Made by a program: the position numbers and the translations under genes. The notes beneath the pieces were generated by a model. That model was not told where the DNA came from, did not search any database, and was given only the letters and a program-made list of their open reading frames with translations. Below are positions 1 to 11,985 of a stretch of DNA of 64,000 nucleotides, piece after piece. How positions within the stretch are numbered: the stretch's first letter is position 1; every line of letters starts with the position of its first letter. This DNA is from Vicugna vicugna (Eukaryota): positions 62,001 to 126,000 of the forward strand of contig MU058946.1 of the NCBI GenBank assembly GCA_013265495.1. Direction: 5' to 3'.

Positions 1-2914
1 TTGCAAGAGGCTTATTTTAGCTCAAGGAGGAAAGGGGATTTCTTTCTCCCGAGTCCAAGTCTGACAGGCAGCGTCGTGCCGGACACGTGTCCCTGGCCCT
101 GCTGACCGTCACCAGCCCGCCCTGCAGCCACAGAGCCCTGCTTCTGCGGGTGGGGCAGGGTGGGATGAGGCCGCCCCCGCAGGGGCGGTGAGGGGCCCCC
201 AGCCAGGCCGGCTCCCGCCTCACCCCAGGACTGGGGGACTGCCCACTCCGCCCCAGGACTTGGGGCGCCAGGCGCCTTCCCCGAGCACCTTGCGTCACAC
301 CTTTCTAGGCCTTCATCTGTGCCCGAGCAGAGCGGCAGTGCAGCCGCCCCCGGCCAGTCGGAGCCTCTTTCCCGGGACCACAGGCACAGAAGCCTTGTGT
401 GTCGGGTGAGAAGGAGGTGGAATTCCCGAGCAGAGGGGTGTCCTGCAGCCCAGACAGTGGGGCCCCGTGGGACCCTAGCTGGGGGCAGCGGCCTGGAGGG
501 GGTGGGCACGTCCCTGGGAGGCGTGCTGAGGTCTTCCTCCCTCTTATCAGCTGGTGACCTTGACCTCATGGTGTCTCCTCCCCTCAGCTTCCCCACTCCG
601 GCCGCCTGGTCCCAGACCCTAATTCTAGCCTATTAAGATCTGGGACCACCCACATGTGCCACGGTCCTGACACCCCTTCCCTTGGAGGTCTGCTCTCCCT
701 CCTCAGCCCCAAGGAGGTCTGTGCTACTGTTCGCTGATCTATATCCAAGCCCAGATTGGCATCCACTCTGCTCCAGGCCCCTCTCTGGGCCTGAGGTGAG
801 CATAGCTTGGAAGGAGCCCTCCAGGCAGAGGAACAGCCAGTGCAAAGGCCCTGGGGCAGAGGTGCCTGGAAGGAACAGAGCAGCTGAACTCAGAGGCCAG
901 GGGTCATGCACGGTGGGTCCGGATGCAGCCTGGTGAGATGGGCCCTCTGCGGGCGTGAGCCGGGAGAGCGGGCTCTGCCTGCCATTCCTCTGACACGGCG
1001 GGGCTCCCCCAGGGCGCTGGCTTGGCCTGCGCTCTCCTCCGCCGCCGGTTGACCTGGTGACTCCACTTTCACCGGGGTTTCCCCTGGAGTGTCTCCGTGG
1101 CAAGGAGCCTGACCAGGAAAGTCCCAGACCACAATTAACAAGAAGTCAGCCCCAGGCCAGGCCGGTGGAGCCCAGCAGGGACTCCTGAGGTCCTGAGCGT
1201 GGCTCAGCTCCTCCGAGAGCCTGGGGCTGCAGGGACGTGGGGCTGCCGGCCCCTGTGATACCAGAGGGCCCATGGATGCAGCCTCCACGGGCCTCGCCCT
1301 CCCGCCTGGTGCCGGCCTCCGACCTCTGACCTCAGTCTCGCAGCCACAGTCAGACGTGGGCATGGTCCACAGACCTGAGGGCCCGAGAGCTGGTCGCCCT
1401 CTGAGGAGGGACCGTGATGCCGGGGGTGGGGGGTGGGTGTGGTGGGCATGCTGTCTGGAGCATGAGGACTCCCACCCCCGCAACCCGTGGGTGTAGGAGG
1501 TTCAAGTGCGTAGGGGCTGGGTGGCGAGGAAGGAGGGCTCTGGCGGTGAGAGCTGGGGAAGCTCAGCAGGGGATGTGATGGAGGAGGTCTGGAGCAGGGG
1601 GGCCCCGCGGGGGGATGGTGGGGACAGGCCCACAGGGGCCACACCCAGAGACAGTGACAGTAGAAGCTGCTCTTGTCCTAGACGTCCTGCCCTGCGAGGT
1701 CAGAGGTTGAGCACGGGGACAGCGGCTGTCCTGTGATGACAAGTCCAGCGGCAGACGGAGCGGGGCTCCAGGGATGCAGTGGGGGGGTCACACCCCGACA
1801 GCGTGCCAACAATGGGGGGATCACGCCCCGAATGCAAACGAGGGGTGTCCCTGGGCCTGGGCCGCCTGTGGACTCCGGAGAGCAAGCAGCTCCCGCGTGG
1901 CTGGGGCTCAGGGCTTCCATTCACTTCCCCTGCAGGCTTCTGTCACTGGGTGGAGGCCTTGGGCCTGAAGAGAGGGCGGGGGACCCTGACCTCCCTCTTA
2001 AGAACCATCCACCAGGAGAGAAGCCCAGGATCGCACCGTCACCCAGGGAAGGCCGTCGTCAGCGTGTCCTCATGAGCGGCCCACCACCAGGTCCTCTGCT
2101 GTACCCCGCCCTTCCTGGCTCTGTCCCTGCCCTGGGGACCAGGATCCCCTCAGACAGGGTCACCACAGGGCCCACATGGACCCCACTAACCAGAGTCCAT
2201 GCAATACGGACACTCGCTGGGCCACTCCAGCCTCAGCATCCTCTCCTCCTGGGCCCCCAGACGGTTGGGGTCCTGTCTGACCCCAGCCCTGGCGCCTTGA
2301 GGGTCTGCGCCCCCCCCCCACACACACAGCAGCCTGCTGCCCCTTCTCCAGGGAAAACTCCAAAATCCGTGTCTACAAACGCCCTGATGTCATCTCAGGG
2401 GTCCCTTGGCGAGGACCCAGCCCCCATCTCCCCCGGAGCCCAGACTTCCGCAGGTCGGCCTCCTCGGCTCCGCTGACCTCAGCTGGGCCACCCTACCCGG
2501 GCCCCTCCGTGGGCAGCGAGGTGACTCTCTAGACGCCACTTCACTGCGTCCTTCCCTGCTCTGAGCCCGTGTGGTGCCCCAGGGGCACCGGATAGACCCG
2601 TGGCCCTCCTGTGCTCGCACCTGGACACCGACTCCCTCCCTGCCCCATCAGCCGGCTGCCCGGCTCCCTCTCGCCTGTGCCTCAGCTCCGTCCCCCTCCC
2701 GGTGGGCACACCCTTGGCCTGGGGCTGGTGTCCTCTCACAGGCGGCGGTGGTGGATCCCTGCACATTTGGACGTGAGCAAACCCTGTCTGGTCCCATGGA
2801 GTCCACTTCCTCACGTCCCAGTCACGTCCTCCCATGCCAGGGTCCCAGCTGGCTGCTTCCACGTCCCCTGCCTGCAGCGCCCACCTGACTCCCCTGAAAT
2901 GCCTCAAAAAGCTG

Positions 2915-3010
2915 CTTCCTTATTCTCCCTGCTTCACAGGTGGGGAGGTTGAGGCCCAGAGAGGTGGACAGCTTGCCCCAGGCCACACAGCGAGTAAGAT
3001 GGAGCTTGTT
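2915..3010 (-). mobile_element. MIR SINE core fragment
   Basis: TCACAGGTGGGGAGGTTGAGGCCCAGAGAGG...GCCCCAGGCCACACAGCGAGTAAG resembles the MIR core. Confidence 0.7.
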
Positions 3011-5139
3011 CAGAGAGAAGCCAGCCCCACGCCAGCCCCACCTCTGTCCTGTGGGCCTGACTGCCTAATCAGCAGGGGGGCGCCCCAAGGGGAAGTGTGC
3101 AGCGAGCGGGGAGAGAGCCCCAGCACCCGCCTGCTCCTGCTGACCAGAAAGCAGCAGGTTGCGCTGCCCAGACGCTGGCACTGGGCATGCAGCCGGGGCA
3201 CCGGGATGCGGGTCAGCCCGGGCTGGGGGCCGGGCTGCAGCACCTGGGACAGCCCACCCATTCATTGGAGGAGCTGTCGAGACAGGGATGCGCTCTGGTG
3301 ACAGTGGGGTCAGGGTCATGGCCACGGGTGAAGGTGCACCAGAATCACGTGGGAGCCTGAGGCGGCCCAGGGAGGGGCGCTGTGGGGCCAGTGGGCCTGG
3401 CCGAGCCCACCCTAGTCTGGGGTGGGGGCTGGGCAAGGTACCGCATCCTAAAATACTACAGGAACTTCAAAATACTTCCAAGATTTGAAAGCTGTCTGTG
3501 TGCAAAGCATTACTTTCAGTATTTTGGGGAAACAGGGCTGAATTTCAAATATTCTTCAGATGATGACAGACCCCCTCGGAGAAGAGGAACAGCGAGAAGC
3601 TTCCGGGAGGGGCCGCCGCTGAGCGCGCGGAACCACAGGGAAACCCGAGTCCTCCCGGGCGCCTGACGTCGAGGCTGAGATTTGCGAAGCCCAGGCTTTG
3701 TGAGGTGAGGCAACTGAGTAATAGCGAGAAGTTCTTAGAAACCGAGAGTTTCTGTGCAAGGAAAAGGTGACACAGGCAGACAAGAGACGCGGTTAAAAGG
3801 CCTCCCGACGGCACACTGCGCGGGCGACGCCGACGTGCACCTGCCCAGCCGCGGGCCTCCTCACTCCGTGTTCTGTGCTCTAGGCTAGTTCGGTCTTGCT
3901 TGGGCCCCGGTTTCAAAATCCCACTCCCTCCCGAAAGGAACAGGAAGGTGGTGGTCCTGAGCCCAAGAGGGGAGCACAGGTGAGGCTGGAAGGAAGGTGC
4001 GAGCCCCCCGGGACGGCCGGGAGGACAGCCCAGCGGCTGCTTGTAGACAGTCTGCGCGTTAAGCAGAATAACAGCTTAATCACAGTCACACTTTCAATAA
4101 ATGAAAACCCACAGACCCAGAGAGATTCAGAACCTACGACAGAATCTAAACAAAGGAGAAGCAAAGGAGACTGGGAGGAAGGGGACCCGGGAGGCTTTTC
4201 TTTACGGAGGAACGTCAGCCACCAAACGCAGAGTCGTCGGCGAGGTCAGCGCGCCACCACGGGCAGCCCGGGTGCGACCGCTGGCCGCTCCTGGGACCGG
4301 AGGCCGCGGAAGCCACCAGGTGAGGGGGTCCTGGGACCAGGAATCCAGCGGGGCCAGAGCAGGGCGCCCCACGTGACTTAGGATTTGCCGGGGAAATGCG
4401 CCTGCACCAGGACCGATCACAGGTGCCCCTTGCCCAGGAGGTCGCAGTGGGGGGCGGTGTCCCGCCCTCCTGCCGATGCGTGAGCACTTGGGGCTCTTGG
4501 TTGGAATGACCTGCCCAGAGGCGTTGGCCCCGGAGCTCGGCAACCTCCAGACCCCGGCCTCCTCCGCAGCACAGCTGGTACTTGGGGCGGGACACCTGTG
4601 CGCAGTGCGGGCCGCCCTGCACAGTGCAGGCCGTGGAACGGCACCCCCTCCGGCGTGGCAGCCCCAAGTGTGCCTCCTAGGGGTGAAGTTAAGGTTAAGG
4701 GGTCGTCCTTAACCTTAACAGCCCCTCTAGACCCAACCTCCAGGTCACAGGACAGCAGGAAGGGGACAGCTGGAGAGCTGGAGACCATGGGGAGTCAGCG
4801 AGACAGGTGCAGAGCGTGGGACACGGTCCACAGCCAAGGAAGTGCTGTCAAGAAGAGAGTGCGGCCTAGGGGCTGGCTGTGGCCCCAGCACGCACTCTGG
4901 CGGGTGTCTGAGGGGACGGATGCGCTGAGGCGGCAAGGTCGCCGTGGTGGCAATCTCCTCATCCCAGAAGTGTGTGACGGATCGATCCAGCGTCCCCCTG
5001 TCTGCAGCCTGCTTGTAATACACCTGTCAGTATGGAGCGAGCTAAGAGAGCTTGCTCACTGTTCTCCTGGGCGAGAGGATGTAGGCATGTGCCCTGCGAG
5101 TCTTCAGACTTCCTCGATACCTCGCAAAACACCCCCATG

Positions 5140-5790
5140 ACGATGGCAGCGACGTAAGAACTAAGCAGAAACGGAAACACAGCGGCGGTGAGGATGTGGG
5201 AAAACTGGAACTGCTGGTGAAGACGTGAAATGGTGTAGCTACAGTGGAAAACAGTATGGAGCTTCCTCAGAACATTAAAAATAGGACTGCCATATGACCC
5301 AGCAGTTCCACTTCCCAGGTACAGACCCCAAAGGAGTGAAAGCAGGGCCTCGCACGGCGGTCTGCACGCCCATGCGCACGGCGGGGCTACGCGCGGCGGC
5401 CCGGGGTGGGAGCGGTCCGAGCAGCCGTGGGTGGACAAAGCGGTCCATCCACACAGCGGGACATCGCTCAGCCTTTGAAAGGAAGGGGACTCTGTCACAC
5501 ACTGCAGCATGGATGAATCTTGAGGAAAGCATGCTCAGTGAAATAAGCCAGACACAAAAGGACAAATACTGTGCCATCCATTTGCGTGAGGTCCCTGGAG
5601 GAGTCAGACTCCCGGAGACAGAAAGCAGGGGGTGGGGCCGGGGGCGGGAGGGATGGTGGCGATGGTTGCACAGCAGTGTGAATGCACTTAATGGCACTGA
5701 GCAGTGCACCTAAAAATGAGCAAGACGGTAACTTCTACATTATGCATACTTAACCACGACTTTTAAAAAAGGAAATACTGGTTCAAAAAA
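5140..5790 (+). mobile_element. Old L1 (L1MB-like) 3' fragment
   Basis: GGAAAACAGTATGGAG..CCATATGACCCAGCA..AGTGAAATAAGCCAGACACAAAAGGACAAATACTG..GATGGTTGCACAGCAGTGTGAATG, A tail. Confidence 0.88.
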
Positions 5791-8254
5791 AAGCGTTCAC
5801 AAAGCACTGAAGAAAACTTCAAACTGATGTCTGTCTCGGACACCAGGGTCCTTTCTGGAGAGAGGTCTCAGCCACACCATTCCTGTCCCCACGGCCACGT
5901 GTCCCGCCTGTGAAGGGGGGAGGCTCGGGTGAAAGGGGAACAGGGTCCGGCCGGGCCACCACGGGGGTGGCGTGGGCGCTTCCGCTCTGTCCTCTGAGTC
6001 TGAAAGCTGCCTGCTCCGTCATCCTGAAAGTTGGGCCCCACCACCCACCGGCCCCCGGCACTTCCTCAATATTGCCTGGGACCGCGGCCTCTGCGGCCGG
6101 CTCTGAGCGAGGCTGACTTGTGGCCTGGGACGCGCAGGGCCAGCCACCTGCGGTCCAGAAGTTCCGGGGCTTTCTCTCCACTTCTGTCCAGGGGCAGCAG
6201 CCTCCTCGTCCACCCCGTGACCTGCCGCCCTGGCTGTCCATCCTTAGCTCTGTTACTTAGCTCGTCCCAAACCTGGAGGGGCCTGTGGGGCTGGGCAGAT
6301 GGCAGTCGTAGGACCAGGACATGGTCGCAACTGCAGCCACCCCTGGGCACCTGGCAAGGGGGTGTGGTCAAGGGGGCAGACACTCTGATTGGCACCCCTG
6401 CCCAGCGGTGGCCTGCGGCCGGGCCTCCCACCCGGCTGTTCCCCTGGCGCAGGTGGGCCTGGGCCCATCTGGCTCCTTCCAGAAGTGGGCCCTACCTGGG
6501 CGCCCCTGCTGAGGTTGGGGAGAAGGGGGTCCGTGGGACAGCTCACTGAGGAGCCTCTGCCTGCTTGCCCCATGGCTCTGTCACCCCACTTTCTGGAGGG
6601 ATGACTTCTCTCTGGAGGTGACTGGCAGCCCGTCACTCCTGCAGGTGGAGGTGGGACGGAGTAGAGCCAAGCTGGTGCTGGCTGGTGACAAAGGGCCGGG
6701 AGCCTGAGGGGCACACAGTGCTGTGCAGGGTGACCAGATGCACAGGGCCCAGGGCAGCAGCTGTTGGAAGTGGCCAACACGGTGCTGGACCTAGGACCTG
6801 GGGTCTGAAACATCCCCTCGCCCTCCCCAGGCTTGTGGGGGCCCCACTCTGAGCCGGGTGGCCCCAGCCCAGGACCCCACTGCAGGGAGGGCGGGCGTCC
6901 CGGGAAGGGTGGCCGCCAGCCTGCGTGGCACAATGGTCTGGCTGTCAGCTTCCTCGTGAGTCACTGCATGGCTCTGAGGACAGGCTGTCCTAGGTCACTC
7001 CACACAGACGGCATTGATGTGACCCCTGGGGTCTGAAATCCTTCAGGACGGAGGCATTTCCTCTGCATCTGCCTCTGGGTTTTCCTCCCCATCGCTGTGA
7101 GGACATGGAGAGACCGAGGCTGCTGCCACCCCGTGCTGGAGTCGGGACGGTGCGGCCACCGGCTCTGAGCACCGGGGAGAGGGGTGTGCGGGGGTTGGGG
7201 GTTGGCGCGGCCTCTCGGCACAGCTGGCGCCCCTCCATGATGGGTGCGTCAGAGGCTCGGGGATCAGGTCAGGGAGGCTGCCCCGCTCCCTGCGTGGGTT
7301 TGGGCGGAGATGAAAGTCTTTGTTTCGCAACAGAGGACATTACTGCTGTCCAAGTGCAGCAGCTGGGGCAGACGGGAGATCTTGCTCTGACGTCACCCAG
7401 AGGAGCCGCCCAGGAGGGGATCCCACCCCGGGTGGCCGCGGGCAAGGCAAGAGTCTGCCCGTCCCCGCACTCAGCAGTGATCACACTGCAAACCGCGCTG
7501 ACAGGGTCCGGTCCCCGTGCGGGGACCCCAGCCCTCCTCAGGCCTCACCTGGCTCAGGACCCCGCAGACCCATGAACTCCGTACACAGCCTGTGGGCCCC
7601 GTGGGCCCGGGGAGGGGAAACCCGACCAGGGGGCCGCCCATGGTGCCCACCTCCTCCGTCTGACCTGCATCCCTCGGCTTCGGGGTCAGGCCCTTGCCCT
7701 CCTGTGGCCTCGGCTGTGCTCCAGCTGGGGGTCAGGCTCCTTTGGCTGGTTCTAGAAGACCCTGGGAGAGGCCCCTCCCTCTGATGACTGCTCACTGCTC
7801 CCCTGGGGACACTGCCCTGCAGGTGCAGCTGGGCACCCGCCATCCTCAGTGTCAGGACTGAGCCCAGCCTGGCTGTGCGGAGGTGACTCCAGGGAGCTGT
7901 TGACATCCACTGCCCAGGCCACACCCCGGACAATCCAACCAGGGCAGTGCAGGTGTGTCCCCAAAGGGTCGTTTTGGAAAGCTTCCAGATGAGTTGGAGG
8001 TGGGGACAGCTGGGTTCGTTCCCGGCCACTCCTAGTCCAGAGCCCATCCGCACAGAGACCCCCGGAACCAGTGGGAAATGCAGTCTCAGCCACCCAGACA
8101 CTGAATCAGCCTGCTTTTCAGGAAGATTCCAGGGATTCTGTGATGAGCAGCCCCTGGGACGCGCTGCTTTGTGAGAACTGGGGAATTAACACGTGCGAGT
8201 GGACACTTGCAATCTGAAGAGAGGCCAGCTCACGCCCTGGGAGTTTGGGTCTGT

Positions 8255-8650
8255 ACCTGCTGTGGCATCCGTTCCCTGGAGCTGCCAGGACGGCTTAAGA
8301 CGGCAATCACTCACCCTCCCACATTCAGGAGACCAGAAGCCAGCAGAGCCAGCTGCTCTGGAGACCCAGGGGCAGCCCGCCCCTCCCCCAGCTCCTGGTG
8401 GCCCAGCCTCCTTGGCTTGTGGCCACGTCACCCCACTCTCCGCCTGCGACAGCGCGTGCCCTCCTCCTCTCCCCGTGCGTTTCTTACAGGGACACCTGCC
8501 ACTGGGCTTAGGGCTGACCCCAGTAATCCAGGATGATCACATCCCAAGATCTTTAATTTAATCACCTTTGCCAAGACCCTACTTCCAAAAAAAGCTACAT
8601 TCTGTGGGTCCAGGTGGGTGTATCTTTGGGAGAGGGTGAAAATTCCACCC
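8255..8650 (-). mobile_element. MaLR LTR (MLT1-like)
   Basis: ATCCAGGATGATCACATCCCAAGATCTTTAATTTAATCACCTTTGCCAAGACCCTACTTCCAA resembles reversed MLT1. Confidence 0.75.
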
Positions 8651-10059
8651 TCTGCAGGGTCTGGGACGAATGTCTCCTCCCACAGAGAAGCAGCCGTGTC
8701 TGGCTGTGCCCTGCATGGCGGTGTCAGCCGCTCCCTCGTGGCCCGTGCTCTGCAGACCTTTGGGGGGTGCGGGGTAACAGGCAGCGCCCGGCAGCGTCAC
8801 CAGTGAGGGGGAGGGCAGTCGGCTGCTGAAGACACCGACACCTTTAGTTCAGCTTCCAGCACGGAGCTCCCCAAGGCGGGTGGGCGGGCCCTGACAGGCA
8901 CTGTCCGCCCCAGCTCCTTCCTGGAGGCACCACTTCCACTTACCAGCCCGCGGCCCGAGCGTGTTCCAACCTGACTCCTTTCGGACTATTTCAGTGAAAG
9001 GGGGGCCTCCGCCTAAGAGGCAGCCGACCCCAGTGTGTGACCCACCCCGGCCGGGGGAGTGGACGGGAAGCGTGCCTCGGGGGCTCCGGCCACGGCCACG
9101 GCAGAGCGGCCTGGTGTGGGGCTGCCCGGGAGGTGGGCATCTCTGCAGAAGCCCCAGGCAAGGCCCTGGGACCCTCTTGCCCAGTCTGAGGACGCCCAGC
9201 CCCGCAGGGCACCAGCAGGCCAGGTCCTGGCCCATCACGCTGGAGTCGTCCACAGAAGAGTGGCTTCCACCGCGGGAAGCCTTCCACCCTGCCATCCTGC
9301 AACCCCCTTTCTGAGAAAAAGCCCTGAGGGAAAGGTCTTCAGGGCCAACATGTTCTTCCTAACGTGATTTCAATCAGGAACACTGCAGACAACCCCGCTG
9401 CCAGTAACGGGGTTGGGTGGGAACTTTACGCAAATGCCCCTTGAGAAAGCACCAAGGGGCACCCAAGGGTCACGGGCCCGAAGTCCCGGCAGGAACGTGG
9501 GAAAGGCTGGGAGCGCCAGGGCCACACAGCCCGCGTGCCCTGAGACGCGTCCGCATGGCGTGTGGCCACTTCAGGTGGCCGTGCCGCGCTCGTCCTCAGC
9601 CTCCGGGAGCTTGGCCGTGCCCCTCCCACAGTGGCGGGCTTGGGCCCAGGAAGTGTGGGCAGCTCGGCTGTCGAAGGAGCCCCGGGCCTGCTGCCCTCAA
9701 CTCCCTGTGCAGCCGTCACCCCTGGGCTCTTCCCTGTTGGGACCTTTTCCTGGGGAAGGACCATCTCCATGTCCATCAGGGCAGCACGGCCAGCACCGCT
9801 GTTCTGGGCGGGTGCCCTCCTCGGCGAGGGTAGTGCTCCCCACCGCCCACCTCACAGCCTGAAGTCCTTCCTCACCCAGCTCAGCCTCTGGGGAGGCCCG
9901 CGGGGGCCGGGCAGCCCCACCCAGCGGGGCGTGGGGCCGAGCCCCGATGTCCTGGGACCTGGCCAGCAAGGGGGTCGCTCCAAGTCTGGGCCGAGGGCTC
10001 CACGTGGTCCTTCCATCTGTTTGCTGGGGTTGCTGAGGAAGAGGGCAGAAACCCCACTG

Positions 10060-10150
10060 ACTCAGATGCTGTGAGGACACAGCCTCAGACATCCCCAGAA
10101 ACCCTGTTTAATCTGGGTGCCCCAGGGCACAGGTGACACACAAAATGACC
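10060..10150 (-). mobile_element. MLT-type LTR end fragment
   Basis: CAGACATCCCCAGAAACCCTGTTTAATCTGGGTGCCCC...GTGACACACAAAATGACC. Confidence 0.5.
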
Positions 10151-11619
10151 CGTCACAGACGGGCGCCTGCCTGCAGTATGTGGGGCCGGTCTGGGGGGGT
10201 CTTGCCCTCTGCCCTCCCTCGGGGAGCCTGGTGTGGCTGGGTCCCCACAAGGCACAGCCAGGGACCCGAGATACTGGGGCAGTGTCTCCCTCTCTGAGCT
10301 CCGAGGCGACTCACTTGACAGAGGACCAACCTTCCAGAACCATCTAGCACCTTCATGAGCGCTGGTGCCTGGCTGGAAATCCCCCACAACACCCCCGACA
10401 GGGCTCCAGAGACCAGCTTCCTCCGCCAGAGAGAGCCACGACTGTGACACTGGCTGTTACCTGCCTGGGCCCCAGACCCGAGTGCTGGCCCGGCCCTGCA
10501 GGAGCAGCGGGGCAGGTGAGGGGACCAGGAGGTCCCAGCTGGGGACACGTGGGCCAAGGGCTCCTGGGGGGTGACGCTCTCACAGATGCCCTCCCAGCTC
10601 CTTCGTCTTTCTGTGCCACACCCCAACCCACCCATCCCCCCGAGGATGCTCCAGGAGCCATCACTGTGGCTCCCGTCTGGGCAAAGAGGCACCTGGAAAC
10701 CTGTGTCCCAGACTGGTGGACAGGGTAGGGGTGAGGAATCCTGAGGCTAAGTCAGCCTCCAGAGCCCAGGATCCAGCGAGCACCTCAAACCTGCCATGCT
10801 TGGAGCCCCTCCTCCTTACGTCACTGGACCCCGTCTCAGGTGGCTTCTGCAGGGCCAGTCTTTACAGCCAGCAGGAGCTCCAGCTCCGACATGGGGACCC
10901 CCTGCAGGCACCGTGGGTCATGCCCAGCCCTGGCCGGCTCTAGGGAGCGCGTGGCCGTCAGGCAGTGCCCCCGCCGCCAGGCGTCACCACCCTCCTCCGC
11001 ACCAGGCGCCGCTGCCGGGCTCACGGATGGGTGGGGAGAGGCCGGACGTGCTCCGGGAGCTGGCCGAGGCCCCACTGCGGTCAGCGCAGAGCTGGGGCCC
11101 GACGGCCGGCCACGCGGCCTCTCTCTGGGTTTTTGCTCTGTGCACCAGCTTCGGAGGGGTTTCCAGGATCCAAAACCCATGTCTGCCCAGAGTCAAAAAG
11201 TCCTCTGGGCAGGCAGGCAGCTGCTGGGCGGTGTGGCAGTGTCTGGGGCAACGAGGAGTCCTGGAACTGACCCTGCTGGGGGCTGCAGGGCAATGGACTG
11301 TCCTCGTCACCACCGAACCGTGTTTAAAAATGGCTAAAAGGGTAACTCAATGAAACGCAATCACCATCCGTGTGTCCCCTGGAAACCCGTGGGGCCTGGG
11401 GAAAGCCGAAGCTTTCGCGGCCACACCTCCTGGGCTGTGCCAGGGCCAGCTGTGAGCGGGGGCGGGGCCCGCGAGCTATCAAGAAGGGTCCCAGACAGCG
11501 GCCTCACGGGCCCACCCAGAACGAGCCGTCCTGCATCAGAGGGGCACTGCCTGACCCGTGGGGGTCCGCAGTGTCACCATCAGCCTCTACGCTGCTCTTC
11601 AAAAATAAAAAAGGTGGCT

Positions 11620-11985
11620 TCATGGGCTGAACTGTGTTCCCAAAACCCACAGGTCAAAGCCCTGGCCCCCAAGACCTCGGCACGTGACTATATTCGGAAG
11701 TGGGGCCTTTAAAGAGGTGACTAAGTTACAATGGGGCCACCAGTGTGGGTGCTAATTCTGACTGGTGTCCCCGTGGAAGGGGGAGATCAGGACACAGAGG
11801 CGCACGGAGGGACACATGCGAGGCCCCAGGAGGAGACGGCCATCTGCACGCCCAGGAGAGAGGCCGCGGGGGACGCTGCTGACCCAGGGTCTCAGATTCC
11901 AGCCTCCAGACTGTGAGAAAATGAACTTCTGTCCTTCACACCCCCGTCTGCAGTGCTTTGTTACGACAGCCGAGATGACTAACGC
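11620..11985 (+). mobile_element. MaLR LTR (MLT1A-like)
   Basis: GGGCTGAACTGTGTTCCC...GGGGCCTTTAAAGAGGTGACTAAGTTA...CCAGCCTCCAGACTGTGAGAAAATGAACTTCTG. Confidence 0.85.

Noticed and set aside
1770-1830. Short imperfect tandem duplication GGGGG(G/A)TCAC(A/G)CCCCGA, and a similar 15-bp duplication at 16183-16215
   Set aside because: Only two diverged copies each; ordinary slippage events; not CRISPR-like or satellite
4096-4101. Plus-strand AATAAA as a possible 3' end of an upstream gene
   Set aside because: No U/GU-rich downstream element and no preceding terminal exon identified
10375-10384. Perfect kB site GGGGATTTCC (minus)
   Set aside because: Isolated; several such matches are expected by chance in 19 kb of GC-rich DNA
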